NCBI GenBank assembly: GCA_014237605.1
Contig: JAAZZR010000001.1
Coordinates: forward strand, 8,156-72,155
Source: Nitrosomonadaceae bacterium
Lineage (GTDB): Bacteria > Pseudomonadota > Gammaproteobacteria > Burkholderiales > Nitrosomonadaceae
Direction of reading: 5' to 3'
Length of the DNA stretch: 64,000 nt
In this document: positions 63,541-64,000 of the stretch, one piece after another
Numbering within the stretch: the stretch's first letter is position 1
Layout of the letters: each line of letters starts with the position of its first letter
The notes under the pieces: generated by a model
Database searches by the model: none
The model's input: the letters and a program-made list of their open reading frames with translations, nothing else
Told to the model about the DNA's origin: nothing
Position numbers and translations under genes: made by a program

Positions 63541-64000
63541 ATGAACCAAGAAGCAAATCATTACTATATTCCAACACCTTCAACCTGGCCTCTGACCGGG
63601 GCAATTGCCATTTTCTTTATGGGGTTTGGAGCTGCATTTACCGTCAATAAGCTTCCAATTGGATATGGGCTATTGGCAATAGGATTTGCAATTCTTATTT
63701 ATATGCTATTTGGTTGGTTTGGAACTGTAGCAAAAGAAAGTGAAGGTGGTAAATTTAATAAGCAGGTCGACAGCTCCTTTCGCTGGGGTATGAGCTGGTT
63801 TATTTTTACTGAAGTAATGTTCTTTGCTGGCTTCTTTGGCGCGCTATACTACATGCGGGTATTATCAGTGCCATGGCTTGGTGAAATGGAAATGGCTTAT
63901 GGAGCTTCAGTGTGGCCGGAGTACGCAGCAGGATGGCCTACATCTGGTCCAGGAATAACAGACCAATTTACCCCGATGGGCGCATGGGGACTACCAGCGA
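63541..64000 (+). CDS. coxC: Cytochrome c oxidase subunit III, N-terminal part (runs off the 3' edge)
   Basis: Hand translation gives MNQEANHYYIPTPSTWPLTGAIAIFFMGFG...FRWGMSWFIFTEVMFFAGFFGA. GCAGGAGAA RBS. Confidence 0.9.
   Translation, partial: MNQEANHYYIPTPSTWPLTGAIAIFFMGFGAAFTVNKLPIGYGLLAIGFAILIYMLFGWFGTVAKESEGGKFNKQVDSSFRWGMSWFIFTEVMFFAGFFGALYYMRVLSVPWLGEMEMAYGASVWPEYAAGWPTSGPGITDQFTPMGAWGLPA

Overview
This is an AT-rich proteobacterial chromosome segment (roughly 40% G+C by eye, not computed). It consists almost entirely of conserved housekeeping genes packed into operons. All calls rest on hand translation, motif recognition and synteny, because no searches could be run.

Gene order:
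- edge-truncated nirK, a yciA-like thioesterase, an acyl-CoA synthetase and miaA
- a class I-beta DAHP synthase and a thiO-like gene
- yebC-ruvCAB-ybgC-tolQRAB-pal-cpoB, then gdhA, slt, an NDUFA9-like gene and cca
- msrA, an SDR, dsbA, a SPOR protein, argS, hslVU, xerC-DUF484-dapF
- metK-[SAH riboswitch]-ahcY-metF, then an AGXT-family aminotransferase
- rodA-mrdA-mreDCB divergent from gatCAB
- a histone H1-like gene, nrdAB, an EF-hand protein and a thioredoxin-fold protein
- an MFP + ABC ATPase + two FtsX-type permeases
- amiC-tsaE divergent from queG, then ttcA
- coxB-coxA-small ORF-ctaG-DUF2970-coxC (3' truncated)

This content and order look betaproteobacterial. Low G+C together with nirK would fit a Nitrosomonadales-like organism, but that is inference only.

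I saw no rRNA, tRNA, CRISPR array, transposase, phage gene, toxin-antitoxin pair or recognisable defence gene. I did not find a convincing novel multi-gene system; the window reads as core genome.

The items most worth a second look are small-scale:
- ruvC can only include its catalytic N-terminus if it starts at a non-canonical ATT codon.
- A 42-bp perfect palindrome carrying an NrdR box lies upstream of nrdA, with a second box 32 bp away, plus further repeats.
- An unlisted SAH riboswitch precedes ahcY.
- A repeat-built Lys/Ala-rich histone H1-like gene sits downstream of nrdB.
- Two back-to-back palindromes lie in front of a Thermotoga-type DAHP synthase.
- A 16-bp tandem duplication straddles the coxB stop codon.
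- An unlisted 36-codon ORF lies between coxA and ctaG.
- An almost 900-bp non-coding AT-rich spacer precedes the cox operon.

Several ORF-track starts (gdhA, slt, cca, mreB, nrdB, H1-like, coxB, ctaG) were moved to better-supported start codons.
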